Origin: a virus
Lineage: Duplodnaviria > Heunggongvirae > Uroviricota > Caudoviricetes
Length of the DNA: 10,060 nt
IMG/VR virus record: IMGVR_UViG_2695420540_000013
Strand: one strand, 5' to 3'
In this document: one piece after another, positions 1 to 6,827 of the stretch
Layout: every line of letters begins with the position of its first letter
Numbering within the stretch: position 1 is the stretch's first letter
Position numbers and translations under genes: made by a program
Notes under the pieces: generated by a model
What the model was told of the DNA's origin: nothing
The model's database searches: none
The model's input: the letters and a program-made list of their open reading frames with translations, nothing else

Positions 1-173
1 TGTCAGTTATCATCTTCGGTTACGGTTATCGGCAGAACGCCCTGCCGCTGACAAGAGCTTATTTGCCTGACCAATCTACTCCACATGATAGATAACTATC
101 ATTTATAGCATTTGGCTTATTAGCCTTTATTTTTCATTGAGTTGCAAACAATAAGCTCGTCAAAAACAGTAAA

Positions 174-230
174 ATTAACTACACCATTAACTACACCGTT
201 CCACGAACAATATCGAACAACCACGAACAA
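174..230. repeat. Tandem direct repeats: 2 x 12 bp ATTAACTACACC (174..185, 186..197) followed by 3 x 10 bp CCACGAACAA / TATCGAACAA / CCACGAACAA (201..230)
   Basis: Read directly from the sequence. Head-to-tail arrangement in non-coding DNA, typical of protein-binding arrays (recombinase arm sites, packaging or replication protein sites). Confidence 0.7.
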
Positions 231-570
231 AGATCAACACGCTTTAATCGTTATCATTTTCCGGCTATCAGTCATGAAACCAGTTATCGGCATCAGGCCC
301 ACCAGCGTGAAGCGTTTTTCATTTTTCGCGGGTATAAAAAATCGATGGGGCTGGCAGTCCGGAAGACGTCAGGGTACAGAGATTTGACCCGCCCCTCCCT
401 GTGCATGCGCACAATAAGTAACCGAAGGCGGAATTCCGCCCTCGGTACTCACATATGAGAAACGATATTTCTTCCACCGATACCCTTTATTTGGGTATCG
501 CGAGTAAGCCCCAAAATCTGGGTGTTACTCTTACTACCCAAACTACGGGTAGTTTCCGTAGTTTCATAGT

Positions 571-592
571 CGAGTTGCAGATCTGCAACTCG
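571..592. repeat. Perfect 22-bp palindrome CGAGTTGCAGATCTGCAACTCG
   Basis: Self-complementary over the full 22 bp, centred on AGATCT. Lies in non-coding DNA downstream of the 640..921 gene, next to GGGTAGTTT / CCGTAGTTT direct repeats (547..564) and an 8-bp-stem hairpin (478..500). Confidence 0.7.
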
Positions 593-639
593 CCACCAGT
601 TGCTAAGTGCATTTTTGCACTTTCGGTAATATCAACCAG

Positions 640-921
640 TTACCGCCGTAAGTGCTCCGGCTTCCTCCACTGGTAAGTATTTTTCGCGCTCTCCCTCCGT
701 TGTTGAGAACGGCGACGGTATGCCAGCAACTCAAGAACTCTGGTTCGTATGTTGCGCATATCCACGCCGTTAAGCTCAATACCGTCACGGCGCATTACCT
801 CATCCACCACACGCGCATAATTTTCAGCGGTCACGCTGTCCGGTTGCATGGCCTGTTCGTCAACCTGCTGGCTGATTCCGGCGACGCGGCGGATTAATCC
901 CAGTATTTCGGCTTCTGTCAT
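640..921 (-). CDS. Hypothetical phage-associated protein, 93 aa; function unknown (position downstream of capsid gene suggests a head-completion or packaging accessory role)
   Basis: ATG at 919..921 preceded by a GGGGG Shine-Dalgarno-like run about 4 nt upstream on the minus strand. Basic C-terminal tail. No family recognised. Confidence 0.5.
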   Translation of the reverse strand: MTEAEILGLIRRVAGISQQVDEQAMQPDSVTAENYARVVDEVMRRDGIELNGVDMRNIRTRVLELLAYRRRSQQRRESAKNTYQWRKPEHLRR

Positions 922-1149
922 TGTGCCCCCATCGCGCTGGTTAAGAAAACAAGCTCAGATTTTTTGTAAAGAATCTGTCACGCTAAAAGATGTCGAACAA
1001 AAATTAACCACAATCATCATCTTTTTTGCATCAACCACATTAAAAACAACAGGTTACACACATGATGATGATGACGATAAAACCACAAAAATGCGTTTTT
1101 TTCCGCGCCGACCCGCCCCGTGGACAGGCCCCCCCCACCAGGAGGACCC

Positions 1150-1179
1150 GCAAAAAAGGCGGCTGCTGCCGCCTTGTTC
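1150..1179 (-). terminator. Rho-independent terminator immediately after the protease-capsid gene stop
   Basis: Perfect 8-bp stem AAGGCGGC / GCCGCCTT (1156..1163 and 1168..1175) with a 4-nt loop; on the minus strand it is followed by a T6 run (complement of A1152..A1157). Sits 1 to 25 nt past the stop codon at 1180..1182. Confidence 0.6.
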
Positions 1180-3060
1180 TCATGAAGAAATCGCTCTGAC
1201 CATTCCGCGATAATCCAGAGCAGCAACGCCAGCATCAATGCGGACCTTCCAGGCCACACCGTCAACAATAAAGCCCTCCTGCTGCTCAAGGTAAGGCTCG
1301 TCATTACCGTCAAGATAAGCCACCTCAATTGTGTCCGTTCCCTGTGCTGAAAGCATGTACCATTGCTTATCACTGACTTCATCAAGGCGGGGATCGACAA
1401 TAATATCCAGTTGTTTGTGGTACGGGTTATATGAACCACTGTTTGTATCGGCACCGAAAGGCGTGGTTGAGTTAACCATTTGCAACGCTCTGTCTTCCAG
1501 AGCCGCAGGAACAAGAAGGAATTTTGGCACAATATTCAGCACCTCACCGTTTTCATCCCTCTGTGTGCGCATTGCACGGCGTGCAATGCCAAGCCCTGTA
1601 GTGCTGACTCCGTTATCAATATCATTTCCGTGTTTTTTGCTGAACAGCGGTATACCGTCAGAAAGCTTTGTGTTTCCTGTCAGCACCAGATGAACCAGAT
1701 TACCCACCGTTCTGGCGGCTGCTCGCCCCATTGCCTGTGGGATAACTGTTAACTGATTCAGGTCATCGTTAATAATCGCCTGTCGGGTAATGCTGAAAAT
1801 ATTTCCGTAAGTTGCCAGCGCGATTGGTTCGCCACGGTCACTGGTGGTGATGTATTTATATTCCGCGCCTTCCGGCACTTTGTTTAATGTAGAGAAGCCA
1901 TTCAGGCCAACACGACGTGCCTCATGGAAGTTTGACAATGAACCTTTTTTCGTCCACTGGCGGAACGTTTCGCCGCTGTGTTCCCATCCGGCAAGCACGG
2001 ATTTTTCAGCACCACCAGCAAGGATATAAGTAAAATCGCTGCTGCTGTGGGTGAATGCCGCGTTTACTATCTGCGAGCGTGTGCTGTAGCTGCCTGTGCT
2101 TATGCCGCGATGGGTTAATGATGCCTGTGCCATATCGAAAAGGCTCATCATGGCGTAAGGGTTGCCGCGTTCTGCCTGTTCATGTCCCAGACGCGCATTA
2201 AGCCCCTGACGCATTGCATCGCCGGTTATGTTGCCGTTATCCGTGTACGCGTAGTAAAGATTTGCGGGGGTGGTTTTGTTTGTCGGTGTCGATTCTTTAC
2301 CCATAGTGAGTAAAAGGCGTTCGCGTGCATCCTCAACGCTACAGCCTGAATCAGCAAGACAACTTATAGCCAGGTCGTTATATCTTCCATTGAACGTGCC
2401 AAACAATTCACGTATCCCGTTGAGTCGTTCCTGTTCTCCGCTGCCAGTTTTCTGGCTGATCATGCTTTTAATATTTTCCGGCATATTCGAAAAATCTCCG
2501 ATTCGTTTTGATTCAATTCTGGCCATTGCTGTAATCGCGGGTATAACCTCATCTGCGAAGCCATTAGCCTTACACTCATTGCCATCCATCCAGGTTTCCG
2601 CCTCCATCATGGCGGTGATTTCCTGTTTGCTCCTGCCCGTTCTTCCGGCGTAGGTTTCCGCCATCGTGTCGCCCAGCTTGTCCATCAGGTCAGCAAAGCG
2701 GCGAACGTCGCCCGACACTCCGGCAGTAACACCACGGGGGGCATGTATCATCATCATCGCGTTTTCAGGCATAACGATGTGATCGCCACACATGGCAATA
2801 AACGAGGCCATAGAAGCCGCCATGCCTTCAATGTGTACAATTTTCTTTGCCGGATGATTTTTCAGGGCGTTATAGATAGCCAGCCCTTCAAAGATGTCGC
2901 CACCAGGTGAATGGATGCGAAGATGGATTTCAGGCACATTACCGCACGCGTTGATCTCGTCAGTAAGTGCCGATGCTTTTACACCGTACCCGCCGATCTC
3001 GTCATAAATGCGTACATGTACAACATCAGCCATAGCCTTAATGGAAAACCATGTTTTCAT
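1180..3060 (-). CDS. ClpP/S14-like prohead (head maturation) serine protease fused to an HK97-fold major capsid protein, 626 aa
   Basis: The N-terminal ~190 aa carry ClpP-family signatures: HSPGGDIFEGLAIYNAL (cf. ClpP INSPGG..IY), EGMAASMASF (cf. GQAASMG, catalytic Ser) and MMMIHAPRG (cf. MIHQPLGG, catalytic His). The C-terminal ~430 aa resemble phage major capsid proteins (assigned from context and general look, not from a specific motif). ATG at 3058..3060 with AGGAG 7 nt upstream; an in-frame ATG at 3031..3033 is an alternative start. Confidence 0.85.
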   Translation of the reverse strand: MKTWFSIKAMADVVHVRIYDEIGGYGVKASALTDEINACGNVPEIHLRIHSPGGDIFEGLAIYNALKNHPAKKIVHIEGMAASMASFIAMCGDHIVMPENAMMMIHAPRGVTAGVSGDVRRFADLMDKLGDTMAETYAGRTGRSKQEITAMMEAETWMDGNECKANGFADEVIPAITAMARIESKRIGDFSNMPENIKSMISQKTGSGEQERLNGIRELFGTFNGRYNDLAISCLADSGCSVEDARERLLLTMGKESTPTNKTTPANLYYAYTDNGNITGDAMRQGLNARLGHEQAERGNPYAMMSLFDMAQASLTHRGISTGSYSTRSQIVNAAFTHSSSDFTYILAGGAEKSVLAGWEHSGETFRQWTKKGSLSNFHEARRVGLNGFSTLNKVPEGAEYKYITTSDRGEPIALATYGNIFSITRQAIINDDLNQLTVIPQAMGRAAARTVGNLVHLVLTGNTKLSDGIPLFSKKHGNDIDNGVSTTGLGIARRAMRTQRDENGEVLNIVPKFLLVPAALEDRALQMVNSTTPFGADTNSGSYNPYHKQLDIIVDPRLDEVSDKQWYMLSAQGTDTIEVAYLDGNDEPYLEQQEGFIVDGVAWKVRIDAGVAALDYRGMVRAISS

Positions 3061-3251
3061 AGCCAGGCTCCTAACGTTGCCCTGTACCAGTATTCAACCG
3101 CGCTTCTCGCAATCTGCCCTTTCGTGGGTACTGGCATTCCAGGGTGATGACTTTTAATGAACTGCTGATAGCGTTCGAGCTTCTCCATAGTTCCGGCGTC
3201 TATGTGCACTGTTGCACTTTTATCCGGTTTTCTGCTGTTGTTCTCTGGCAT
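3057..3251 (-). CDS. Small hypothetical protein, 64 aa (75 aa if started at the ATG at 3282..3284), first gene of the capsid operon
   Basis: ATG at 3249..3251 with a GGAGG Shine-Dalgarno 7 nt upstream; the upstream ATG at 3284 has no RBS. Its stop overlaps the capsid start in an ATGA junction (3057..3060). Confidence 0.5.
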   Translation of the reverse strand: MPENNSRKPDKSATVHIDAGTMEKLERYQQFIKSHHPGMPVPTKGQIARSAVEYWYRATLGAWL

Positions 3252-3324
3252 AAGTCTGCCTCCGTTATGATTAACGGGCATCATTATTGATCGATAAAAC
3301 TGGTAAATAAATCATTTTCTATCT

Positions 3325-3354
3325 AAAAATCAGATTATGTGTTTTCTGATTTTT
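3325..3354. promoter_or_regulatory. Perfect 10-bp inverted repeat AAAAATCAGA-N10-TCTGATTTTT in the capsid-operon promoter region
   Basis: Read directly. Lies 40 to 70 bp upstream of the first start codon of the minus-strand capsid operon, in an AT-rich stretch with weak -35/-10-like hexamers (ATGACA ... TAATCT on the minus strand). Confidence 0.45.
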
Positions 3355-3432
3355 GTCATACCAGCAAAAGAATTGACTAATTATTGCCACGCCAGCACAA
3401 TTAAGACTCATCATTTCGGTAGTGGCAGTATC

Positions 3433-3496
3433 CTTTGTCGCTGACAAAGCGCCTCCGGTGGCACCATCGGGGCGCTTTTTTTTGCGCCTGTTTTTT
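3433..3496. terminator. Cluster of overlapping hairpins with U-tracts (terminator or attenuator-like), orientation ambiguous
   Basis: Hairpin CTTTGTC-gct-GACAAAG (3433..3449); GCGCC (3449..3453) pairs with GGCGC (3471..3475), followed by T8 (3476..3483); GGCGC (3471..3475) can alternatively pair with GCGCC (3484..3488), followed by T6 (3491..3496). Strong terminator shape on the plus strand, weaker on the minus. Directly abuts the masked block. Confidence 0.45.
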
Positions 3497-3498
3497 GT

Positions 3499-3749
3499 NN
3501 NNNNNNNNNNNNNNNNNNNNNNNNNNNNNNNNNNNNNNNNNNNNNNNNNNNNNNNNNNNNNNNNNNNNNNNNNNNNNNNNNNNNNNNNNNNNNNNNNNNN
3601 NNNNNNNNNNNNNNNNNNNNNNNNNNNNNNNNNNNNNNNNNNNNNNNNNNNNNNNCGNNNNNNNNNNNNNNNNNNNNNNNNNNNNNNNNNNNNNNNNNNN
3701 NNNNNNNNNNNNNNNNNNNNNNNNNNNNNNNNNNNNNNNNNNNNNNNNN
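3499..3749. other. N-masked / undetermined sequence block (251 nt, with an isolated CG at 3656..3657)
   Basis: Run of n characters; nothing inside can be interpreted. The six-frame ORFs crossing it (3401..3790, 3422..3880, 3435..4034) are artefacts of translating N. Confidence 0.99.
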
Positions 3750-3755
3750 CGTTGC

Positions 3756-4178
3756 TTAAAACGGTATGTTATCCCCGTACGGATCATCATTCCCCGCCTG
3801 TTGTTTGGCCCTGTTCAGTGCATCAGTGGCCTGCCCCTGTTGGCCTTTTTTACCGCCCGGTCGCGCCGTTCTGGCACTGATTACACTGTCTGCGATAACC
3901 TGCCAGCCCTGCCGCGTTTCTCCGTTCTGGCCTGTCCACTGGCTTACCTGCATGTTACCCGCCACGCTCACCAGCTCGCCTTTCTGGTGCTTTGCCAGTG
4001 CGTCAGCCTGTCTGCCAAACGCCAGGACGGATAACCATATCGTCGCCGTTCCGTCATCTGCCTGGCTGCACGGCAGGGGAACCGCCATACTCGCCATCGT
4101 CATTTGCGTACCCTTGCTGGTGGTCTTTAACTGCGGGTCAGCCACCAGCCGCCCGTAAGCCGCTATCTGTGCTGTCAT
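3756..4178 (-). CDS. ssb: Single-stranded DNA-binding protein (SSB), 140 aa
   Basis: N-terminal OB-fold-like region (AAYGRLVADPQLK ... WLSVLAFG ... GELVSVAGNMQVSQWTGQNGETRQ), a Gly/Gln-rich linker, and an acidic C-terminal tail ending DDPYGDNIPF (cf. E. coli SSB DDDIPF). Start ATG at 4176..4178 overlaps the upstream gene stop (ATGA). Confidence 0.85.
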   Translation of the reverse strand: MTAQIAAYGRLVADPQLKTTSKGTQMTMASMAVPLPCSQADDGTATIWLSVLAFGRQADALAKHQKGELVSVAGNMQVSQWTGQNGETRQGWQVIADSVISARTARPGGKKGQQGQATDALNRAKQQAGNDDPYGDNIPF

Positions 4179-4420
4179 GCTGTCTGCTCTCCGGTTTTAA
4201 CGTTGATGGTTGTCACCTGTTCCGCTTCGGCAATCTCCCGTTCTGTCAGCGTGGCAAAGTTTGCCGCCGTCGTGGTCATGAATGCGCTTATCAGTTCGGG
4301 ATGTGCTTTCGCGTATCCTTCCCCGGCGTTGCGGTCGATGATTTTTATCGCCACCCTCAGCCAGTGTTCTGTCAAATCAAGGGCGTGAGATTGTGGTTTT
4401 TTGGCGTGCTTCGTTGTCAC
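4175..4420 (-). CDS. Hypothetical protein, 81 aa, GTG start; translationally coupled to ssb
   Basis: First codon is GTG (complement of 4418..4420) with a GAGGT Shine-Dalgarno 7 nt upstream. No family recognised. Confidence 0.5.
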   Translation of the reverse strand: MTTKHAKKPQSHALDLTEHWLRVAIKIIDRNAGEGYAKAHPELISAFMTTTAANFATLTEREIAEAEQVTTINVKTGEQTA

Positions 4421-4472
4421 AGGCTTTACCTCACAGCAATAAAATAAAATTTTTGCATTTTAACCCTTCACC

Positions 4473-4693
4473 TGTTCACCTTTTGCAATTTTCCCTTTTT
4501 ATTCATGATGTTAATGGGTTAACAGTTTCACAAAAACTATTCACCAACTGTTCACCACTGTTCACCCTTAAAGCTCAATAAAGAATCAAAAAGGTGAACA
4601 GTGAATAGTTTGGTGAACAGTTCATAAATAACTGTTCACCCTATAATATACTGATATAAAAGACATTTATTGCAGGGTGAACAGTGGTGAACA
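4473..4693. repeat. Iteron cluster, putative P4-type origin of replication (ori/crr-like): 8 perfect TGTTCACC/GGTGAACA octamers plus degenerate copies
   Basis: TGTTCACC at 4473, 4549, 4559, 4633; reverse complement GGTGAACA at 4593, 4612, 4676, 4686; variants TATTCACC (4538) and GTGAATAG (4601). An AT-rich stretch CTATAATATACTGATATAAAAG (4641..4662) sits inside. Located just downstream of the primase gene. TGTTCACC is the octamer I recall as the P4 alpha-protein binding iteron in ori and crr. Confidence 0.75.
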
Positions 4694-4734
4694 GTTATTC
4701 CATAAGTTTAATTTTTTCCATCGTCATTTGTGAC

Positions 4735-6525
4735 CTATGCACATGATGGCATCCAGTCTTCTGAATCCTCTGTCAGGGTCACATTTGAACGCAAACCGTG
4801 CTTCGTTTTCCGTTTCATATACTCCCTGCCATATTCCGCCATTGCCCCCGGCATATCTTTACCGAAGCGCGTCAGTGTTACAGGTTTACCGAATCCGTGT
4901 GCCCTCATATATGCCAGATAGGCGTGATAAAGATACCTGCGCGGACTGAACGGAATAATTTCGGCATTACCCACTAACAGACCATCACACATTACCGACG
5001 ACATGAGATAGCCGCAGAAGTCCACCAGCGAATCGCCCTCGCGTTTTATCACCAGAGCTTCTTCTGATTTCTGCTGCTCATACAGCAGGCGTTTAGCTTC
5101 GTCCTGGTCAGAAAAACGAGTAAGCAGGTGGCGAATCACAACCGCCAGCTCTCCTTCTATTTTTTCTGCCAGCATGGGGTCGCGTTCGTTCTCCGGTACA
5201 ACTTCCGAAAAATTGAATATCACCCGACGACGTGAGATCCCCCCGCTGCGGTCACTGAATGACATGGCGTTATTGTTAACCGCCAGCACTACTGCCGGAA
5301 TACGCGTTGAGTAGGGGGCTTTGTGTTTCGGGTCAATTGCCACCTTGTCACCGCCTGTAATGGCCTTAATCCCTGCCCCATCACCAGCGTAGCGGGTCAT
5401 ATCCGGCATGATAATCAGCGAAAAGCCAACCACTAACGCGCGTTCCCTTGCATCTTCCAGCGCCTTCATGCTTGCCGATACTGTGTTGGCCTTACCCGCC
5501 AGCATGGTGCAAATCTCCGCCATCACGCTTTTACCACTTCCCCCTGGACCTGTTACCTCAATGAATAACTGCCAGTCGTACCGGTTCGCCAGCACCATGA
5601 ATAATACAGCCAGTACGCGATCCGCCTTGCGGTCATTCTCAGCCACCGAACGGCGTAACCACTTCCAGAAATTCGGCGCATGTGTTGCCAGCGTTTCCCC
5701 CTCTGCTGGTGGGCTGAAAGGTAATTCACTGGCAATTAACAACCAGTCGTTTTTGTTATGCTCCCGAAAATTACCTGTTCTGGTATCAAATACCCCGTTA
5801 CTGAATCCAATCAGGTTACGGGCTGTATTCCCCATTACAGGCAAACTTAACTTCATGGTATCGACCGCCGATTTAATGGCGTTCTGCGAATAGCTGATCT
5901 CCGCATCAATGAAAATCTGTGCCATAGCTCGCTGTAATTCTTTATCCTGTACTGGCTCCCATACAACGCCGTTGTAATGGTGAACAGTGTCAGAGTCAGC
6001 ATGAATCGCCAGTTCACCGCCATAATGTGCCAGGAGAACTTCGCCGCGTTGACTTGCTCCCATCTGGTTAAGCGCCAGTGATGAAGCGTTATCGTCTTTT
6101 ACCCGCTCTTTTTTCTTTACAGGCAGTTCAACTACCTTTTTCTTTTCCGCCTGCTCTGCCCGTTCACGTTCCAGATATTCGCGCCAGTTCTCCCGTTTCT
6201 GGCTGTGCATTCCTTCAGGGTAATAATCAGCATCCCTGACACCTGCCACTGCCAGTTTCTGCCCGATGGTATTAACAAGCCCCGGACGCAATAACCCCGC
6301 CTGATAGAGACGCACGCGATAGCGTCCGTCCGGTACGATTTGCAGGTTGTCCAGTTCGGCAAGTTGTTGCTCTCCAAGCCAGACAGGTGGCACGTTATCG
6401 CCAGCCAGTCGCCCGTCCTGTTCCTGCCACTGTTTCGCATGTGCCCACGCATCACTACCCGCAAAAATGATGACTTCCGTCATTTTGTCACGCGGCTGGT
6501 GTTTTAAATTTGGCGCTTTTTTCAT
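4735..6525 (-). CDS. P4 alpha-like replication primase/helicase (N-terminal primase region, Walker-A P-loop NTPase), 596 aa from the preferred start
   Basis: Walker A GPGGSGKS; overall resemblance to the phage/plasmid primase P4-family C-terminal domain. Preferred ATG at 6523..6525 has a GGAGAGA Shine-Dalgarno and forms an ATGA overlap with the upstream gene stop; the ORF track's longer start (6540) and a shorter one (6483) lack an RBS. Confidence 0.88.
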   Translation of the reverse strand: MKKAPNLKHQPRDKMTEVIIFAGSDAWAHAKQWQEQDGRLAGDNVPPVWLGEQQLAELDNLQIVPDGRYRVRLYQAGLLRPGLVNTIGQKLAVAGVRDADYYPEGMHSQKRENWREYLERERAEQAEKKKVVELPVKKKERVKDDNASSLALNQMGASQRGEVLLAHYGGELAIHADSDTVHHYNGVVWEPVQDKELQRAMAQIFIDAEISYSQNAIKSAVDTMKLSLPVMGNTARNLIGFSNGVFDTRTGNFREHNKNDWLLIASELPFSPPAEGETLATHAPNFWKWLRRSVAENDRKADRVLAVLFMVLANRYDWQLFIEVTGPGGSGKSVMAEICTMLAGKANTVSASMKALEDARERALVVGFSLIIMPDMTRYAGDGAGIKAITGGDKVAIDPKHKAPYSTRIPAVVLAVNNNAMSFSDRSGGISRRRVIFNFSEVVPENERDPMLAEKIEGELAVVIRHLLTRFSDQDEAKRLLYEQQKSEEALVIKREGDSLVDFCGYLMSSVMCDGLLVGNAEIIPFSPRRYLYHAYLAYMRAHGFGKPVTLTRFGKDMPGAMAEYGREYMKRKTKHGLRSNVTLTEDSEDWMPSCA

Positions 6526-6821
6526 TTCTGCTCTCTCCACGCGGCAATCATGTTTTTTAGTTCCTGTAGTTTTTTATCAACATCCATACATGACACATGG
6601 TTATTTCTGGAAAGCGGGATTTCCCGACTGAATCTGCTAATAAAGATCTCCACGTTCAGCGAACTAAGAAATGAATAGCCATCACGGATAAAATACACAC
6701 GGTCAAACATCAGTTCTTTTACCGTTACTCTGTTACCGTTCTTATCCAGATAAATAGCGCCGGGGATAATTTGGGGGTGTGCATAACCGCTGGCAGTCAA
6801 GCCAGATAAATACGTTCTCAT
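6522..6821 (-). CDS. Hypothetical protein, 99 aa (second gene of a low-GC two-gene cassette)
   Basis: ATG at 6819..6821 with GGGGA upstream; stop overlaps the primase start. Sampled 60-nt windows here give about 35-43% GC versus about 52% in the primase gene. No family recognised. Confidence 0.55.
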   Translation of the reverse strand: MRTYLSGLTASGYAHPQIIPGAIYLDKNGNRVTVKELMFDRVYFIRDGYSFLSSLNVEIFISRFSREIPLSRNNHVSCMDVDKKLQELKNMIAAWREQK

Positions 6822-6827
6822 GATTAT

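Noticed and set aside
142-676. Plus-strand ORFs 142..387 (TTG start) and 455..676
   Set aside because: No RBS, non-ATG or unsupported starts, and they span repeat- and palindrome-rich DNA that looks regulatory rather than coding.
1064-1081. GATGATGATGACGATAAA, which encodes DDDDDK on one strand and HHHH on the other (resembles an enterokinase site / His-tag)
   Set aside because: It does not match standard FLAG or His-tag vector sequences, is in non-coding DNA between a terminator and a promoter region, and is better explained as a short GAT/ATC trinucleotide repeat.
386-1120. 10-mer GACCCGCCCC present at both 386 and 1110 as a possible att direct repeat
   Set aside because: A single 10-mer match is expected by chance many times over in 10 kb, and neither copy sits at a plausible element boundary.
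1017-1752. ORFs of 171, 120 and 90 aa overlapping the protease-capsid gene
   Set aside because: They lie inside or antisense to a gene with strong ClpP-motif support; treated as frame shadows.
3401-4034. ORFs translated across the N-masked block
   Set aside because: Artefacts of translating runs of N as X; the real content is unknown.
4473-4693. Possible CRISPR array, because of the repeated octamers
   Set aside because: The repeats are only 8 bp, occur in both orientations with irregular short spacing, and have no spacer-like unique segments of uniform length; this is an iteron pattern.
5408-5893. 161-aa plus-strand ORF and 60-aa minus-strand ORF within the primase gene
   Set aside because: Internal to or antisense to the primase coding region; no independent support.
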